A stretch of DNA of 64,000 nt from NCBI GenBank assembly GCA_030390025.1, contig CM059443.1:50344001-50408000 (forward strand), read 5' to 3'. A program made the position numbers and the translations under genes. Shown in pieces: positions 21,332 to 33,560 of this stretch (position 1 is its first letter; each line of letters starts with the position of its first letter). Below the pieces are notes generated by a model, which saw nothing but the letters and a program-made list of their open reading frames with translations, ran no database searches and was not told the origin of the DNA. Source of the stretch: Squalus acanthias (lineage: Eukaryota).

Positions 21332-22276
21332 ATGACAGGAAGTCTCGGACCCGTTTCATGCTCCTCCTGTGCCATGTGGGAAATCAGGGACACTTCCAGT
21401 GTCCCTGACAACTACATGTGCGGGAAGTGTGTCCAGCTGCAGCTCCTGACAGCCCGCATGGCGGTGCTGGAGCTGCGGGTGGACTCACTCTGGAGCATGC
21501 ACGATGCCGAGAACTCGGTGAATCGCTCATTTAGTGAGTTGTCCACACCGCAGGTAAAGGCTAGGACAGACAGTGTATGGGTGACCAAGAAGCAGGGCAA
21601 TATCAGGAAGGTAGTGCAGGAGTCTCCTGTGGTCATCTCCCTCCAAAACAGGTATGCCGCTTTGGATACTGTTGGGGGAGATGGCCTACCAGGGGAAGGC
21701 ACAAGCAGCCAGGTTCATGGCACCATGGCTGGCTCTGCTGCACAGCAGGGCGGGAAAAAGAGTGGTAGGGCTATAGTGATAGGGGACTCAATTGTAAGGG
21801 GAATAGACAGGAGTTTCTGTGGCCGCAACCGAGATTCCAGGATGGTATGTTGCCTCCCTGGTGCAAGGGTCAAGGATGTCTCGGAGCGGCTGCAGAACAT
21901 TCTGAAGAGGGAGGGTGAACAGCCAGCTGTCGTGGTGCATGTAGGTACCAACGATATAGGTAAAAAGCGGGAAGAGGTCCTACAAGCAGAATTTAGGGAG
22001 CTAGGAGCTAAATTAAAAAGTAGGACCTCTAAGGTAGTAATCTCTGGATTGCTACCAGGGCCACGAGCTAATCAGAATAGAGAGAACAGGATAGTGAGAT
22101 TGAATACGTGGCTTGAGCAGTGGTGCAGGAGGGAGGGATTCAAATTCCTGAGGCATTGGAACCAGTTCTGGGGGAAGTGGGACCTGTACAAAAGGGACGG
22201 TCTGCACTTGGGCAGGACTGGAACCGATGTCCTCGGGGTAATATTTGCTAAAGCAGTTCAGGAGGATTTAAACTAA
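21332..22276 (+). CDS. CR1 ORF1p: CxxC...CxxC zinc finger, coiled coil, SGNH/GDSL esterase domain
   Basis: CSSC..CGKC; esterase blocks VIGDS, PGA, HVGTND, DGLHL. Confidence 0.95.
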   Translation: MTGSLGPVSCSSCAMWEIRDTSSVPDNYMCGKCVQLQLLTARMAVLELRVDSLWSMHDAENSVNRSFSELSTPQVKARTDSVWVTKKQGNIRKVVQESPVVISLQNRYAALDTVGGDGLPGEGTSSQVHGTMAGSAAQQGGKKSGRAIVIGDSIVRGIDRSFCGRNRDSRMVCCLPGARVKDVSERLQNILKREGEQPAVVVHVGTNDIGKKREEVLQAEFRELGAKLKSRTSKVVISGLLPGPRANQNRENRIVRLNTWLEQWCRREGFKFLRHWNQFWGKWDLYKRDGLHLGRTGTDVLGVIFAKAVQEDLN

Positions 22277-22323
22277 TATGGCAGGGGAAGGGGAACCTAT
22301 GTAGCGAAACAGGGGGAAGTAAT

Positions 22324-25260
22324 ATGCAGTCAGAAACAAATGTTAGAAGGGTGAGAAACAATAGGGGAAGGCCGAGTAAACAAAGGCAAGAAACACAAAG
22401 GGCCATACTAAATCATAAGTCTAAAAGGACAAAGGATGTTAATAAAATAAGCCTAAAGGCTCTGTGTCTTAATGCAAGGAGTATCCGTAATAAGGTGGAT
22501 GAATTGACTGTGCAAATAGATGTTAACGGATACGATGTGATTGGGATTACAGAGACGTGGCTCCAGAACAATCAAGGCTGGGAACTGAACATCCAGGGGT
22601 ATTCAACATTCAGAAAGGATAGAATAAAAGGAAAAGGGGGTGGGGTAGCATTGCTGGTTAAAGAGGAGATTAATGCAATAGCTAGGAAGGACATCAGCTT
22701 GGAGGATGTGGAATCAATATGGGTTGAGCTGCAGAACACCAAAGGGCAGAAAACGTTAGTGGGAGTTGTGTACAGACCTCCAAACAGCAGTGGTGAGGTG
22801 AGGGAGGGTATGAAACAGGAAATCAGAGGTGCGTGCAAAAAAGGCACGGCAGTTATCATGGGTGACTTTAATATGCATATAGATTGGGCTACTCAAACTG
22901 GAAGCAATACGGTGGAGGAGGATTTCCTGGAGTGTTTAAGGGATGGTTTCCTAAACCAATATGGTGAGGAACCAACTCGAGGGGAGGCCATCCTGGACTG
23001 GGTGTTGTGTAATGAGGAAGGACTAATCAGCAATCTTGTGGTACGAGGCCCCCTGGGGAAGAGTGACCATAGTATGGTGGAGTTCTACATTAGGATGGAG
23101 AAGGAAACAGTTAAGTCAGAGACCATGGTCCAGAACTTAAATAAGGGCAACTTTGATGGTATGAGGCGTGAATTGGCGAGGTTAAATTGGCAAGCGATAT
23201 TTAAGGGGCTATCAGTGGAAGGGCAATGGCAGACATTTAGAGATCGCATGGATGAACTACAACAATTGTACATCCCGGTCTGGCGTAAAAATAAAAAAGG
23301 GAAGGTGGCTCAACCATGGCTAACAAGGGAAATCAGGGATAGTATTAAAACCAAGGAAGTTGCATACAAATTGGCCAGAAGTAGCAGCAAACCCGGGGAC
23401 TGGGAGAACTTCAAAACTCAGCAAAGGAGGACGAAGGGTTTGATTAGGGCAGGGAAAATAAAATATGAAAGGAAGCTTGCAGAGAACATTAAAATGGACT
23501 GCAAAAGCTTCTATAAATATGTAAAAAGAAAGAGGTTAGTAAAAACAAACGTAGGTCCCCTGCAATCGGAAACAGGGCAAGTCGTAGTGGGGAACAAGGA
23601 AATGGCAGATCAATTGAACAAGTACTTTGGTTCGGTGTTTACTGTGGAGGACACACACAACCTGCCGGAAATAAAAGGGGTCAGAGGATCTGGTAAGAGG
23701 GAGGAGCTGAGGGAAATCCTTATTAGTCGGGAAAAGGTATTGGGGAAATTGATGGGACTGAAGGCTGAAAAATCCCCGGGGCCTGATGGTCTGCATCCCA
23801 GAGTACTTAAGGAGGTGGCCTTCGAAATAGTGGATGCATTGACGATCATTTTCCAACATTCCTTAGACTCTGGATCAGTTCCGATGGAGTGGAGGGTGGC
23901 CAATGTAACCCCTCTTTTTAAAAAAGGAGGGAGGGAGAAAGCAGGGAATTATAGACCGGTCAGCCTGACATCGGTCGTGGGTAAAATGATGGAAGCAATT
24001 ATTAAAGATGTCATAACAGACCATTTGGAAAGTGGCGACATGATAGGTCCAAGTCAGCATGGATTTGTGAAAGGGAAATCATGCTTGACAAATCTTCTGG
24101 AATTTTTTGAGGATGTTTCCAATAGGGTGGACAGGGGGGAACCAGTAGATGTGGTGTATTTGGACTTTCAGAAGGCCTTCGACAAGGTCCCACACAAGAG
24201 ATTGGTGAGCAAAGTTAAAGCACATGGGATTGGGGGTAATGTGTTGACGTGGATTGAGAACTGGTTGGCACACAGGAAACAAAGAGTAGGAGTAAATGGG
24301 TACTTTTCAGAATGGCAGGCAGTGACCAGCGGGGTACCGCAGGGTTCGGTGCTGGGACCCCAGCTGTTTACATTATATATTAATGATTTGGACGAAGGGA
24401 TTAAATGTAATATCTCCAAATTTGCGGATGACACTAAATTGGGAGGCAGTGTGAACAATGAGGAGGATGCTAGGAGGCTACAGAGTGACTTGGACAGGTT
24501 GGGTGAATGGGCAAATGTATGGCAGATGAAGTACAATGTGGATAAATGTGAGGTTATCCACTTTGGTGGTAAAAATAGAGAGGCGGACTATTACCTGAAT
24601 GGTGGCAGATTAGGGAAAGGGGAGGTGCAACGAGACCTGGGCGTCATGGTACATCAGTCACTGAAGGTGGGAATGCAAGTGCAGCAGGCAGTCAAGAAAG
24701 CAAACGGAATGATGGCCTTCATAGCAAGGGGATTTGAGTACAGGAGTAGGGAGGTGATGCTACAGTTGTACAGGGCCTTGGTGAGGCCACACCTGGAGTA
24801 TTGTGCGCAGTTTTGGTCTCCTAACTTAAGGAAGGACATTCTTGCTATTGAGGGAGTGCAGCGAAGGTTCACTAGATTGATTCCTGGGATGGCCGGACTG
24901 ACATATCAAGAAAGATTGGGTCAACTGAACTTGTATCCTCTGGAGTTCAGAAGAATGAGGGGGGATCTTATAGAGACATTTAAAATCCTGACTGGTTTAG
25001 ACAAATTAGATGCGGGCAAAATGTTCCCAATGTTAGGGAAAACTAGAACCAGGGGTCACAGTCTAAGGATTAAGGGGAAGCCATTTAAGACTGAGCTGAG
25101 GAGGAACTTCTTCACCCAGAGTGTGGTGAATCTATGGAATTCTCTTCCACAGAAGGTTGTTGAGGCCAGTTCGCTAAATATATTCAAAAGGGAGTTAGAT
25201 ATAACACTCACAACTAGGGGGATCAAGGGGTGTGGCGAGAAAGCAGGAATGGGGTACTGA
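22324..25260 (+). CDS. CR1 ORF2p: AP endonuclease plus reverse transcriptase (978 aa)
   Basis: LNARS, ITETW, VYRPP, MGDFN, SDH (APE); [28 protein letters not shown] (RT). No stops. Confidence 0.97.
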   Translation: MQSETNVRRVRNNRGRPSKQRQETQRAILNHKSKRTKDVNKISLKALCLNARSIRNKVDELTVQIDVNGYDVIGITETWLQNNQGWELNIQGYSTFRKDRIKGKGGGVALLVKEEINAIARKDISLEDVESIWVELQNTKGQKTLVGVVYRPPNSSGEVREGMKQEIRGACKKGTAVIMGDFNMHIDWATQTGSNTVEEDFLECLRDGFLNQYGEEPTRGEAILDWVLCNEEGLISNLVVRGPLGKSDHSMVEFYIRMEKETVKSETMVQNLNKGNFDGMRRELARLNWQAIFKGLSVEGQWQTFRDRMDELQQLYIPVWRKNKKGKVAQPWLTREIRDSIKTKEVAYKLARSSSKPGDWENFKTQQRRTKGLIRAGKIKYERKLAENIKMDCKSFYKYVKRKRLVKTNVGPLQSETGQVVVGNKEMADQLNKYFGSVFTVEDTHNLPEIKGVRGSGKREELREILISREKVLGKLMGLKAEKSPGPDGLHPRVLKEVAFEIVDALTIIFQHSLDSGSVPMEWRVANVTPLFKKGGREKAGNYRPVSLTSVVGKMMEAIIKDVITDHLESGDMIGPSQHGFVKGKSCLTNLLEFFEDVSNRVDRGEPVDVVYLDFQKAFDKVPHKRLVSKVKAHGIGGNVLTWIENWLAHRKQRVGVNGYFSEWQAVTSGVPQGSVLGPQLFTLYINDLDEGIKCNISKFADDTKLGGSVNNEEDARRLQSDLDRLGEWANVWQMKYNVDKCEVIHFGGKNREADYYLNGGRLGKGEVQRDLGVMVHQSLKVGMQVQQAVKKANGMMAFIARGFEYRSREVMLQLYRALVRPHLEYCAQFWSPNLRKDILAIEGVQRRFTRLIPGMAGLTYQERLGQLNLYPLEFRRMRGDLIETFKILTGLDKLDAGKMFPMLGKTRTRGHSLRIKGKPFKTELRRNFFTQSVVNLWNSLPQKVVEASSLNIFKRELDITLTTRGIKGCGEKAGMGY

Positions 25261-25779
25261 GGTAGCATGTTCAGCCATGAACGCATTGAATGGCGGTGCA
25301 GGCTCGAAGGACCGAATGGTCTACTCCTGTACCTATTTTCTATGTTTCTATGTTTCTATGATTCTTCTGGCCTCACAAAGGAATGAAAAATACTTGCCCC
25401 TTCTGCGGCTGGTCCTGGGATGGCCTGGCAGGAAAGTCCTAACGGTTTCACCACTAAGGCCTGAGTTAAAATTGCAACGGGGTCTTGATGACATCATGCT
25501 TTGGACGGGTGCTCTTACCACCTGCTCAGGAGAGCAGGTTAAAATTGCGGACAGCGAGATCTTCGCAGCTCCAGGATGGGCAAGTTATTCGGGGCATTTT
25601 AACAACATACCCGCCCGGTTTCCACCAGCTATGTACGGTTAATATCCCCCCATGTGTTCTTTATTCCGTGCTGGCTCTCCCACCAAAGTATCCGCACCCT
25701 GCCCAGTCCTTCTCCCTCTAATACTGTGGCAGCAGGGTTACAGCTGGAAAGTTAGATAGAAAGCCCAGTAAGGCAATGC

Positions 25780-26030
25780 ATGAGGATGGAAGCAAAGTAG
25801 GAGAGCAGAATAAAGGAGCAGTGGAAGAGAACAGCGAGGAGGAGAGGGAAAGTAAGGAGAGAGAGAGAGACATGAAAGGAGAAAGAAAGAAATGAAGAAA
25901 GAGAATCTGAACAAAAGTGAAAGAGGCAAGAACTAGACAAGAGGACAAGAAAAGGAGGGACCAAGGGAAGAGAGGCGGAGAAAAGAAGCTTACTCAATGT
26001 ATAGGGAGGTTGAAGAAAATGAGGAAGCTG
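25780..26030. repeat. GA-rich low-complexity tract
   Basis: Near purine-only composition. Confidence 0.8.
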
Positions 26031-26559
26031 AGTACCGGCCTGTAAAGCTTCTACAAGCCCTTCTCTGAAGTGAACTCCCTACTTCACAGTAGACCATTGC
26101 TATATTCACGTCCTTGTAATTACAAACGCGGATTAATTTTTAATTAAAAATGGAAAAGCAGATTGAAAAAGGGGGTGGAGGGACTGGAAGGAGGCTTGGC
26201 AGCTCTATTCCAGTCTACCGCTCTTGCAGACTGGGCTAAAGGTGATGCAAGAGCTGGAAGCTGTAAACAAACAGAAGAGAGCAGATGAAGCTAAAGAGGG
26301 TAAGGAGCTCTTCAGGTGTGAGTTGGAAGGTAGGGGAGGTGGAAAGGTGGCAGTCCCCTTCTGATCAGCTGGAGGCAGCAACTGGAAAGGTTCTCGAGAT
26401 AAGCTGGGCGGTCTACCAGGAGTAGAGGGGAAAAACACCACTGAATATCTCTAGCATCTAACGCCAGATCTGCTCCAGGGTACAGTTCTCCCAGTGGGTA
26501 CACAAAGCACTTAGACCATGCCAGGAAGATAGAGCTTACAATCATATGGCACCTTCTAC

Positions 26560-26905
26560 ATCCGTAGGATACCCTGAAGTACTTCACAGGTAGTGAATTA
26601 CTTTGAGGTGTTGGCAAATATGGCAGGCAATTTGCGCACAGCAGGATCCCACAAGCAGCAAATGGGATGAATGACGAGTTAATCTGTTTTGGTGGTGGTT
26701 GAGCATGATTGTTGGTCAGGACAATTCCCTGCTCTTCAAGTTGCGGCCTGGGATCTTCTACATTCCTCTGAAGAGGCAGACGGGGTCTTGGTTTAACATC
26801 CCTCCCTCACTACTGCACTGAAGTGTCCGCCTGGATTATATGCTCAAATTCAGGAGTGGGACTTCCTATGTAAGATGACTGCTACCAACTGAGTCAAACT
26901 GACAC
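26560..26905 (-). mobile_element. Deu-domain SINE, degraded
   Basis: Reverse complement of the 15505-15930 element (aatttgcgcacagca..atccc, gctaccaactgagtca head). Confidence 0.65.
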
Positions 26906-26924
26906 AAAGGAGAATGACTCTGGG

Positions 26925-27065
26925 CAATGTTCCCCCTACGGTGCGCGGCCGCGCATCAATCGGGAGGTCCCGCGCAGGCCGCTCACAAGCTGTTGCCGCT
27001 GGAAGATACCAGCCGCTGCAAACTTAAAGGGACCGCGCACGGAAAAAAAAATTAGAGGAACATTG
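26925..27065. mobile_element. hAT-type MITE (141 bp)
   Basis: TIRs caatgttccccct / agaggaacattg. Flanking 8-bp TSD actctggg / actgtggg (7/8 match). A related decayed copy lies at about 8633-8757. Confidence 0.75.
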
Positions 27066-27134
27066 ACTGTGGGCCATAATTTTTGTGTTCTTTAGATTTC
27101 AGGACAAGCTCAGACCTGAAGCCAAAGACACCAT

Positions 27135-29397
27135 GACTGGTGTGGGAATGTCACTAGGCTAGTAATCCAGAGGCCTGGACTAATGATCCAGAGTTCAAAT
27201 CCCAACACGGCAGCTGGGGAATTTAAATTCAATTAATTAAATAAATCTGGAATAAAAAAGCTAGTATCAGTGAAACTATCGGATTGTAGTAAAAACCCAT
27301 CTGGTTCACTAATGTCCTTTAGAGAAAGAAATCTGCCGTCTGGCCTATATGTGACTCCAGACCCACAGCAATGTGGTTGACTCTTAACTGCCCTCTGAAA
27401 TGGCCCAGCAAGCCACTCAGTTGTAACAAACCGCTGAGAAACAAAATAATAAGAAAGAAACTGGATGGACCACCGGCATCGGACACGGCAACGGCACATC
27501 CAGCCCAGTAAACCCTGCAAAGTTCTCCTCACCAACATCTGGGGACTTGTGCCAAATTGGGAGAGCTGTCCCACAGCCTAGTCAAGCAACAGCCTGACAT
27601 AGTCATACTCACAGAATCATACCTTTCAGCCAATGTTCCCAAACTCCTCCATCACCATCCCTGGGTATGTCCTGTCTCACCGGCAGGACAGACCCACCAG
27701 GGGTGGCGGCACAGTGGTATACAGTCGGGAAGGAGTGGCCTTGGGAGTCCTCAACATTGACTTTGGGCCCCATGAAGTCTCATGGCTTCAGGTCAAGCAT
27801 GGTCAAGGAAACCTCCTGCTGATTACCATCTACCGCCCTCCCTCAGCTAATGAATCAGTACTTTGCCATGCTGAACACCACTTGGAAGAAGCACTGAGAG
27901 CAGCAAGGGCACAGAATGTCCATCACCAAGAGTGGCTCGGTAGCACCACTACTGGCTGAGTCCTGAAGGACATAACTGCCAGTCTGGGCCTGCAACAGGT
28001 GGTGAGAGAACCAACACGAGGGAAAAACTTACTTGACCTCGTCCTCACCAATCTACCTGTCGCAGATGCATCTGTCCATGACAGTATTGGTAGCAGTGAC
28101 CACCACACAGTCATTGTGGAGACGAAGTCCCATCTTCACACTGAGGACACCCTCCATCGTGCTGTGTGGCACTACCACCGTACTAAATGGGATAGATTCA
28201 GAACAGATCTAGCAACTCAAAACTGGGCATCCATGAGGCGCTGTGGGGCAGCAGCAGAATTGTATTCCACCACAATCTAACCTCATGGCCCGGCATATCC
28301 CTCACTGTACCATTACCATCAAGCCAGGGGACCAACCCTGGTTCAATAAGGAGTGCAGAAGAGCATGCCAGGAGCAGCATCAGGCATACCTAAAAATGAG
28401 GTGCCAACCTGGGGAAGCAGCAACACAAGACTACATGCATGTTAAAAAACAGAAGCAGCATGCTATAGACAGGGCTAAGCGATCCCACAATCAACGGATC
28501 AGATCAAAGCTCTGCAGGCCTGCCACATCCAGTCGTGAATGGTGGTGGACCATTAAACAATGAAACAACTAACTGGAGGGGGAGGCTCCATGAATATCCC
28601 CATCCTCAATGATGGTGGAGCCCAGCACGTGAGTGCAAAAGACAAGGCTGAAGCGTTTGCAACCGTCTTCAGCCAGAAGTGCCGAGTGGATGATCCACAT
28701 CGGCCTCCTCCTGAGGTCCCCACCATCACAGAAGCCAGTCTTCAGCCAATTCGATTCACTCCACGTGATATCAAGAAATGGCTGAGCGCAGTGGATACAG
28801 CAAAGGCTATGGGCCCTGACAACATCCCAGCTATCGTGCTGAAGACTTGTCTTCCAGAACAGGCCGCGCCTCTAGCCAAGATGTTCCAGTACAGCTACAA
28901 CACAGGCATCTATCTGACAATGTGGTAAACTGCCCAGGTATGTCCTGTCCACAAAAAGCAGGAGAAATCCAATCCGGCCAATTACCGCCCCATCAGTCTA
29001 CTCTCAATCATCAGCAAAGTGATGGAAGGTGTCATCGACAGTGCTATTAAGCGGCACTTACTCACCTATAACCTGCTCACTGATGCCCAGTTTGGGTTCC
29101 GCTAATACCACTCTGCTCCCAACCTCATTACAGCCTTGGTCCAAACATGGACAAAAGAGCTGAATTCCAGAGGTGAGGTGAGAGTGACTGCCCTTGACAT
29201 CAAGGCAGCATTTGACCGAGTGTGGCATGAAGGAGCCCTAGTAAAACTGAAGTCAATGGGAATCAGGGTGAAAACTCTCCACTGGCTGGAGTCATACCTA
29301 GCACAAAGGAAGATGGTTGTGGTGATTGAAGGTCAATCATCACAGTCCCAGGACATCGCTGCAGGAGTTCCTCAGGGCAGTGTCCTAGGCCCAACCA
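27135..29397 (+). mobile_element. LINE family 2 (CR1/Jockey group, clade uncertain): tRNA-like 5' head plus frameshifted APE-RT, 3'-truncated by a CR1
   Basis: Fragments [58 protein letters not shown]. Confidence 0.9.
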
Positions 29398-30000
29398 TAA
29401 GAACATAAGAAATAGGAGCAGTAGTGGGCCATTCGGCCCTTCAAGCCTGCTCCGCCATTCAATGAGATCATGGCTGATCTTCTGCCTCAACTCCATTCAC
29501 TGGCCCTATCGCCATATCCCTTGATGCCCTTACTAGTCAGAAATCTATCGACTTCTGTTTTGAATATACCCAATGACTGAGCCTCCACAGCCCTCTGGGG
29601 TAGAGAATTCCAAAGATTCACCACCCTCTGTGTGAAGAAATTTCTTCTCATCTCAGTCCTGAATGGCCTACCCTTTATCTTGTGGCTGTGGCCCCTGGTT
29701 CTAGGCTCCCCAGCCAAGGGAAACATTCTCCCAGCATCCATCCTATCAAGCTCTGTAATAATTTTGTATGCTTCAATGAGATCCCCTCTCATTCTTCTGA
29801 ATTCAAGAGAAACAGGCCTAGTTTACTCAATCTCTTCTCATATGACAGTCCCGCCATCCCAGGAATCAATCTCGTGAACCTTTGTTGCACTCCCTCTATG
29901 GCAAGTATATCCTTCCTTAGGTAAGGAGACCAAAATTGTACCATTACTCCAGGTGTGGTCTCACCAAGGCTCCATATAATTGGAGTAAGACTTCTTTACT
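29397..30000 (-). mobile_element. CR1 3' fragment
   Basis: ORF 29487..29792 MRGDLIEAYK; tail cataagaacataag. Confidence 0.9.
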
Positions 30001-30394
30001 GGAGTGGAGCTGTGGTCATTGTTTGGTGTGGAATTGAGGGAAGCAGGACGTCATGAGAAGATGTTAAACATTGCTCAACAGTAATTTCTATGCTATTGGT
30101 ACCTTTCTGCGGGACAACTGCAACTAATTAACCTCGAGTTAGATTTCTATTACATTCAGAATTTCCTCTTTTTCAATTGTTTCTCTGACTCGCGTTTCCT
30201 AAAAAAAGAGGAACGGGTACAAAAACGGAACTGTTCCCACCAGCTGATCAGTAATCTAAACATCAATTTGTCTAAAATGCAGAAGTATCTGAACCTGCTT
30301 TTCAAACTTACTTTCTGTGTGTATATATCCCTCCCCCATGACAGTCAGTGTAATGTTGAGGGACCACTCCGAGCTGCGACAAGCTGAATGAGGG

Positions 30395-30812
30395 ATCCGA
30401 ACTCAGCCTCATGTCCAATTTCCTGCCCGCTCCCCGTAACCCCTAATTCCATTTACTTCTAGGAAACTGTCTATTTCTGTTTTAAATTTATTTAATGATG
30501 TAGCTTCCACAGCTTCCTGGGGCAGCAAATTCCACAGACCTACTACCCTCTGAGTGAAGAAGTTTCTCCTCATCTCAGTTTTGAAAGAGCAGCCCCTTAT
30601 TCTAAGATTATGCCCCCTAGTTCTAGTTTCACCCATCCTTGGGAACATCCTTACCGCATCCACCCGATCAAGCCCCTTCACAATCTTATATGTTTCAATA
30701 AGATCGCCTCTCATTCTTCTGAACTCCAATGAGTAGAGTCCCAATCTACTCAACCTCTCCTCGTATGTCCACCCCCTCATCCCGGGGATTAACCGAGTGA
30801 ACCTTCTTTTTA
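30395..30812 (-). mobile_element. CR1 C-terminal fragment present only in duplication unit A
   Basis: ORF 30409..30780; absent at the paralogous site at about 44285. Confidence 0.85.
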
Positions 30813-30879
30813 CTTTGTGCCTTTAACGTTGTAAAACATCCCAAGCTGCTTCACAGAGGCATAAGCAAAATGGAATCCA

Positions 30880-32600
30880 AGCTAAGGAAGGATATATTGG
30901 CCTTGGAGGGAGTGCAGAGTAGATTTACTAGAACGATACCTGAACTCCGGGGGTTAAATTACGAGGAGAGATTACACCAACTAGGGTTGTAGTCCCTGGA
31001 ATTTAGAAGGTTAAGGGGTGATTTGATTGAAGTTTTCAAGATATTAAGGGGAACTGATAGAGTAGATAAAGAGAAGCTATTGCCGCTGGTTGGGGAGTCT
31101 AGGACTAGGGGGCATAGTCTAAAAAATTAGAGCCAGACCTTTCAAGAGTGAAGTTAGGAAACACTTCTATACACAAAGGGTGGTAGAAGTTTGGAACACT
31201 CTACCAAAGTGGGTAACTTCACATTTATCCACATTATATTCCATCTGCCATGTTCTCGCCCACTCACTGAGCCTGTCGAGATCCCCTTGAAGCCTCTTCA
31301 CATCCTCTTCGCAACTGACACTGCCACCTAGCTTTGTGTCATCAGCAAATTTGGAAATGTTTCATTTAGTCCCCTCATCCAAATCATTGATATAGATTGT
31401 GAATAGCTGGGGCTCAAGCACCGATCCTTGCGGTACCCCACTAGTCACAGCCTGCCATCCTGAAAAAGACCCGTTTATCCCTACTCTTTGTTTTCTGTCC
31501 ATTGACCAATTCTCAATCCATGCTAGTATATTACCCCCAATTCCATGTGCCCTAATTTTGTTCACCAACCTCTTGTGTGGGACCTTATCGAAGGCCTTCT
31601 GAAAATCCAGATACACCACATCTACCGGTTCCCCTTTGTCTACTCCACTAGTTACATCCTCAAAGAACTCCAATAGGTTTGTCAAACAGGATTTCCCTTT
31701 CATAAATCCATGTTGACTCTGCCCAATCTTACTATTAGTTTCTAAGTGTCCAGTTATTGCATCCTTTATAATAGATTCCAACATTTTCCCAACTACTGAT
31801 GTGAGGCTAACAGGTCTGTAGTTCCCCGTTTTCTCTCTCCCTCCTTTCTTAAATAGCGGGGTTACATTTGCTATCCTCCAATCTGCAGGAACCATTCCAG
31901 AATCTATAGAATTTTGGAAGATGACAACCAATGCGTCCACTATTCCAATGACCACCTCTTTCAAAACCCTAGGATGTAGGTCATCCGGTCCTTGGGATTT
32001 ATCGACTTTTAGTCCCATTAATTTCCCTTTTAATGCCATCCCCAACCTCCGCATTACTGTTTGGAGTTCTATATATCACTCCCACTAATGTTTTCTGCCC
32101 CTTGGTATTTCTCAGTTCTACCCATACAGATTCCACATCATCAGAGCTAATATCCTTCCTTACTATTGTGTTAATCCCCTCTTTAACCAGCAATGCTACG
32201 CCACCTCCCTTTCCTTTTTGCCTATATTTCCTGAATATTGAATACCCCTGGATGTTGAGTTCCCAGCCTTGGCCACCCTGGAGCCATGTTTCCGTAATCC
32301 CAATCAAATCATATTCGTTTACCTGTATTTGCGCAGCTAATTCATCCACCTTATTCCGAATGCTCCTCGCATTAAGACACAAAGCCTTCAGGCTTGTTTT
32401 TTTAACGCTCTAAGACCTATTAGAATTATTATTTACTGTGGCCATGTTTGATTTAAACCGTTGATTTCTCTGACTGCCACTTTTGTTTTTCTCCTTCCTA
32501 TCTTTTGCGTTTATCCTTGTTTCCCTTTCCTCTGTCTCCCTGCTCAGGTTTCCAACCCCCTGCCATTTTAATTTAAACCCTCCCCCAGAGCACTAGCAAA
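30880..32600 (-). mobile_element. Rearranged CR1 (inverted + piece 30880-31205; - strand APE/RT 31205-32600 with an internal deletion)
   Basis: ORFs 31362..32054 and 31999..32382. Confidence 0.85.
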
Positions 32601-33228
32601 CACATATTGTAAATAACACCCATTGTTCCAGAGTTAGGTGCTGAAGTCAAGGGCTGGACAATGAGCCAAATGCCAGGGTTATGAGGGTAAATTCACTGAC
32701 TCTATCCCCTCCCCGCACCCCGCCAGCAGTGAGCTCTGCTTGAAGGAGACACAATCTATCAGAGGGGCACAGTGCCAACCCCTGACCCCTGTTTGAGCAT
32801 GGCTGCCCACAAGGAGTGTGGGATTGGTGAATCTAGCGTGAAAGTCCTTTTATCTTACTGAGCCATGCATTAAACATTTCCAACATTAAAATATAAACTT
32901 CTAATTTCAATGTAGTTACACTGTTTTATGCATTGCAAAATACTATTCAGAGATCGGCTGGGGGCAGACAATTTGTACCAAACTTTCCCTTACACAATCG
33001 TGAATTTACAGCTCAGCGTCCTCATAAATTGGGTTCCGCATCCCCCTCCGACCCCTCTCCACAGCCCATTGCCCCCTCTCCACAGCCCATTCCCCCCACT
33101 CCCCCACCCCCTCCTGAGTCTGATTGCAGTGTCCTCACTGAGAGCAGTTCATTCATTTAATTGGTTTGGCATAAAATTCCTGCTGGACAGATAACACAGC
33201 TCGTCGTTTAGTTATAATTTTTAAAGTG

Positions 33229-33234
33229 TTTATT
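33229..33234 (-). terminator. Poly(A) signal (AATAAA on -) of Ig-receptor copy A
   Basis: tttatt inside a block of about 110 bp that is nearly identical to 50190-50310. Confidence 0.6.
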
Positions 33235-33359
33235 GAATGACTTTCAATCGCACAAGTTCCATTTTGTGTCTCACACAGCAGCGATGCGTTATTCTATCTA
33301 AACAGAGTCCAAGGGGGTGAAATTGCTCTTCGCCAGTAGCGTGAAATTCATTACAAATC

Positions 33360-33560
33360 GATATTGGCCAGGACACCGGGGAGAACTCCCCTGCTCTTCT
33401 TCGAAATAGTGCAACGGGATCTTTTACATCACCTGAGAGAGCAGACGGGTCTCAGTTTAACGTCTCATCCGAAAGACGTCACCTCTGACAGTGCAGCACT
33501 CCCTCAGTACTGTACTGGAGTGTCAGCCTGGATGATGTGCTCAGGTCTCTGGAGTGCCAT
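33360..33560 (-). mobile_element. Partial Deu-domain SINE
   Basis: atattggccaggacaccggggagaactcc...tttaacgtctcatccgaaag. Confidence 0.75.

Larger units (their letters stand above)
20775..25360 (+). mobile_element. Full-length, apparently intact CR1-clade LINE
   Basis: GC-rich 5'UTR with a tandem repeat of about 152 bp, intact ORF1 and ORF2, and a 3' (TTTCTATG)x3 tail at 25337-25360. Confidence 0.97.

Noticed and set aside
21412-25286. Many antisense or alternative-frame ORFs over CR1 (and similarly over other LINEs and Penelope)
   Set aside because: Shadow ORFs of retrotransposon coding sequence with no independent motifs.
25718-25997. Hydrophobic ORFs resembling TM proteins
   Set aside because: Antisense reading of a GA-rich low-complexity tract.
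30880-31260. Twin-priming inversion of CR1
   Set aside because: The inverted piece lacks the 3' tail geometry expected; more likely a post-insertion inversion or deletion.
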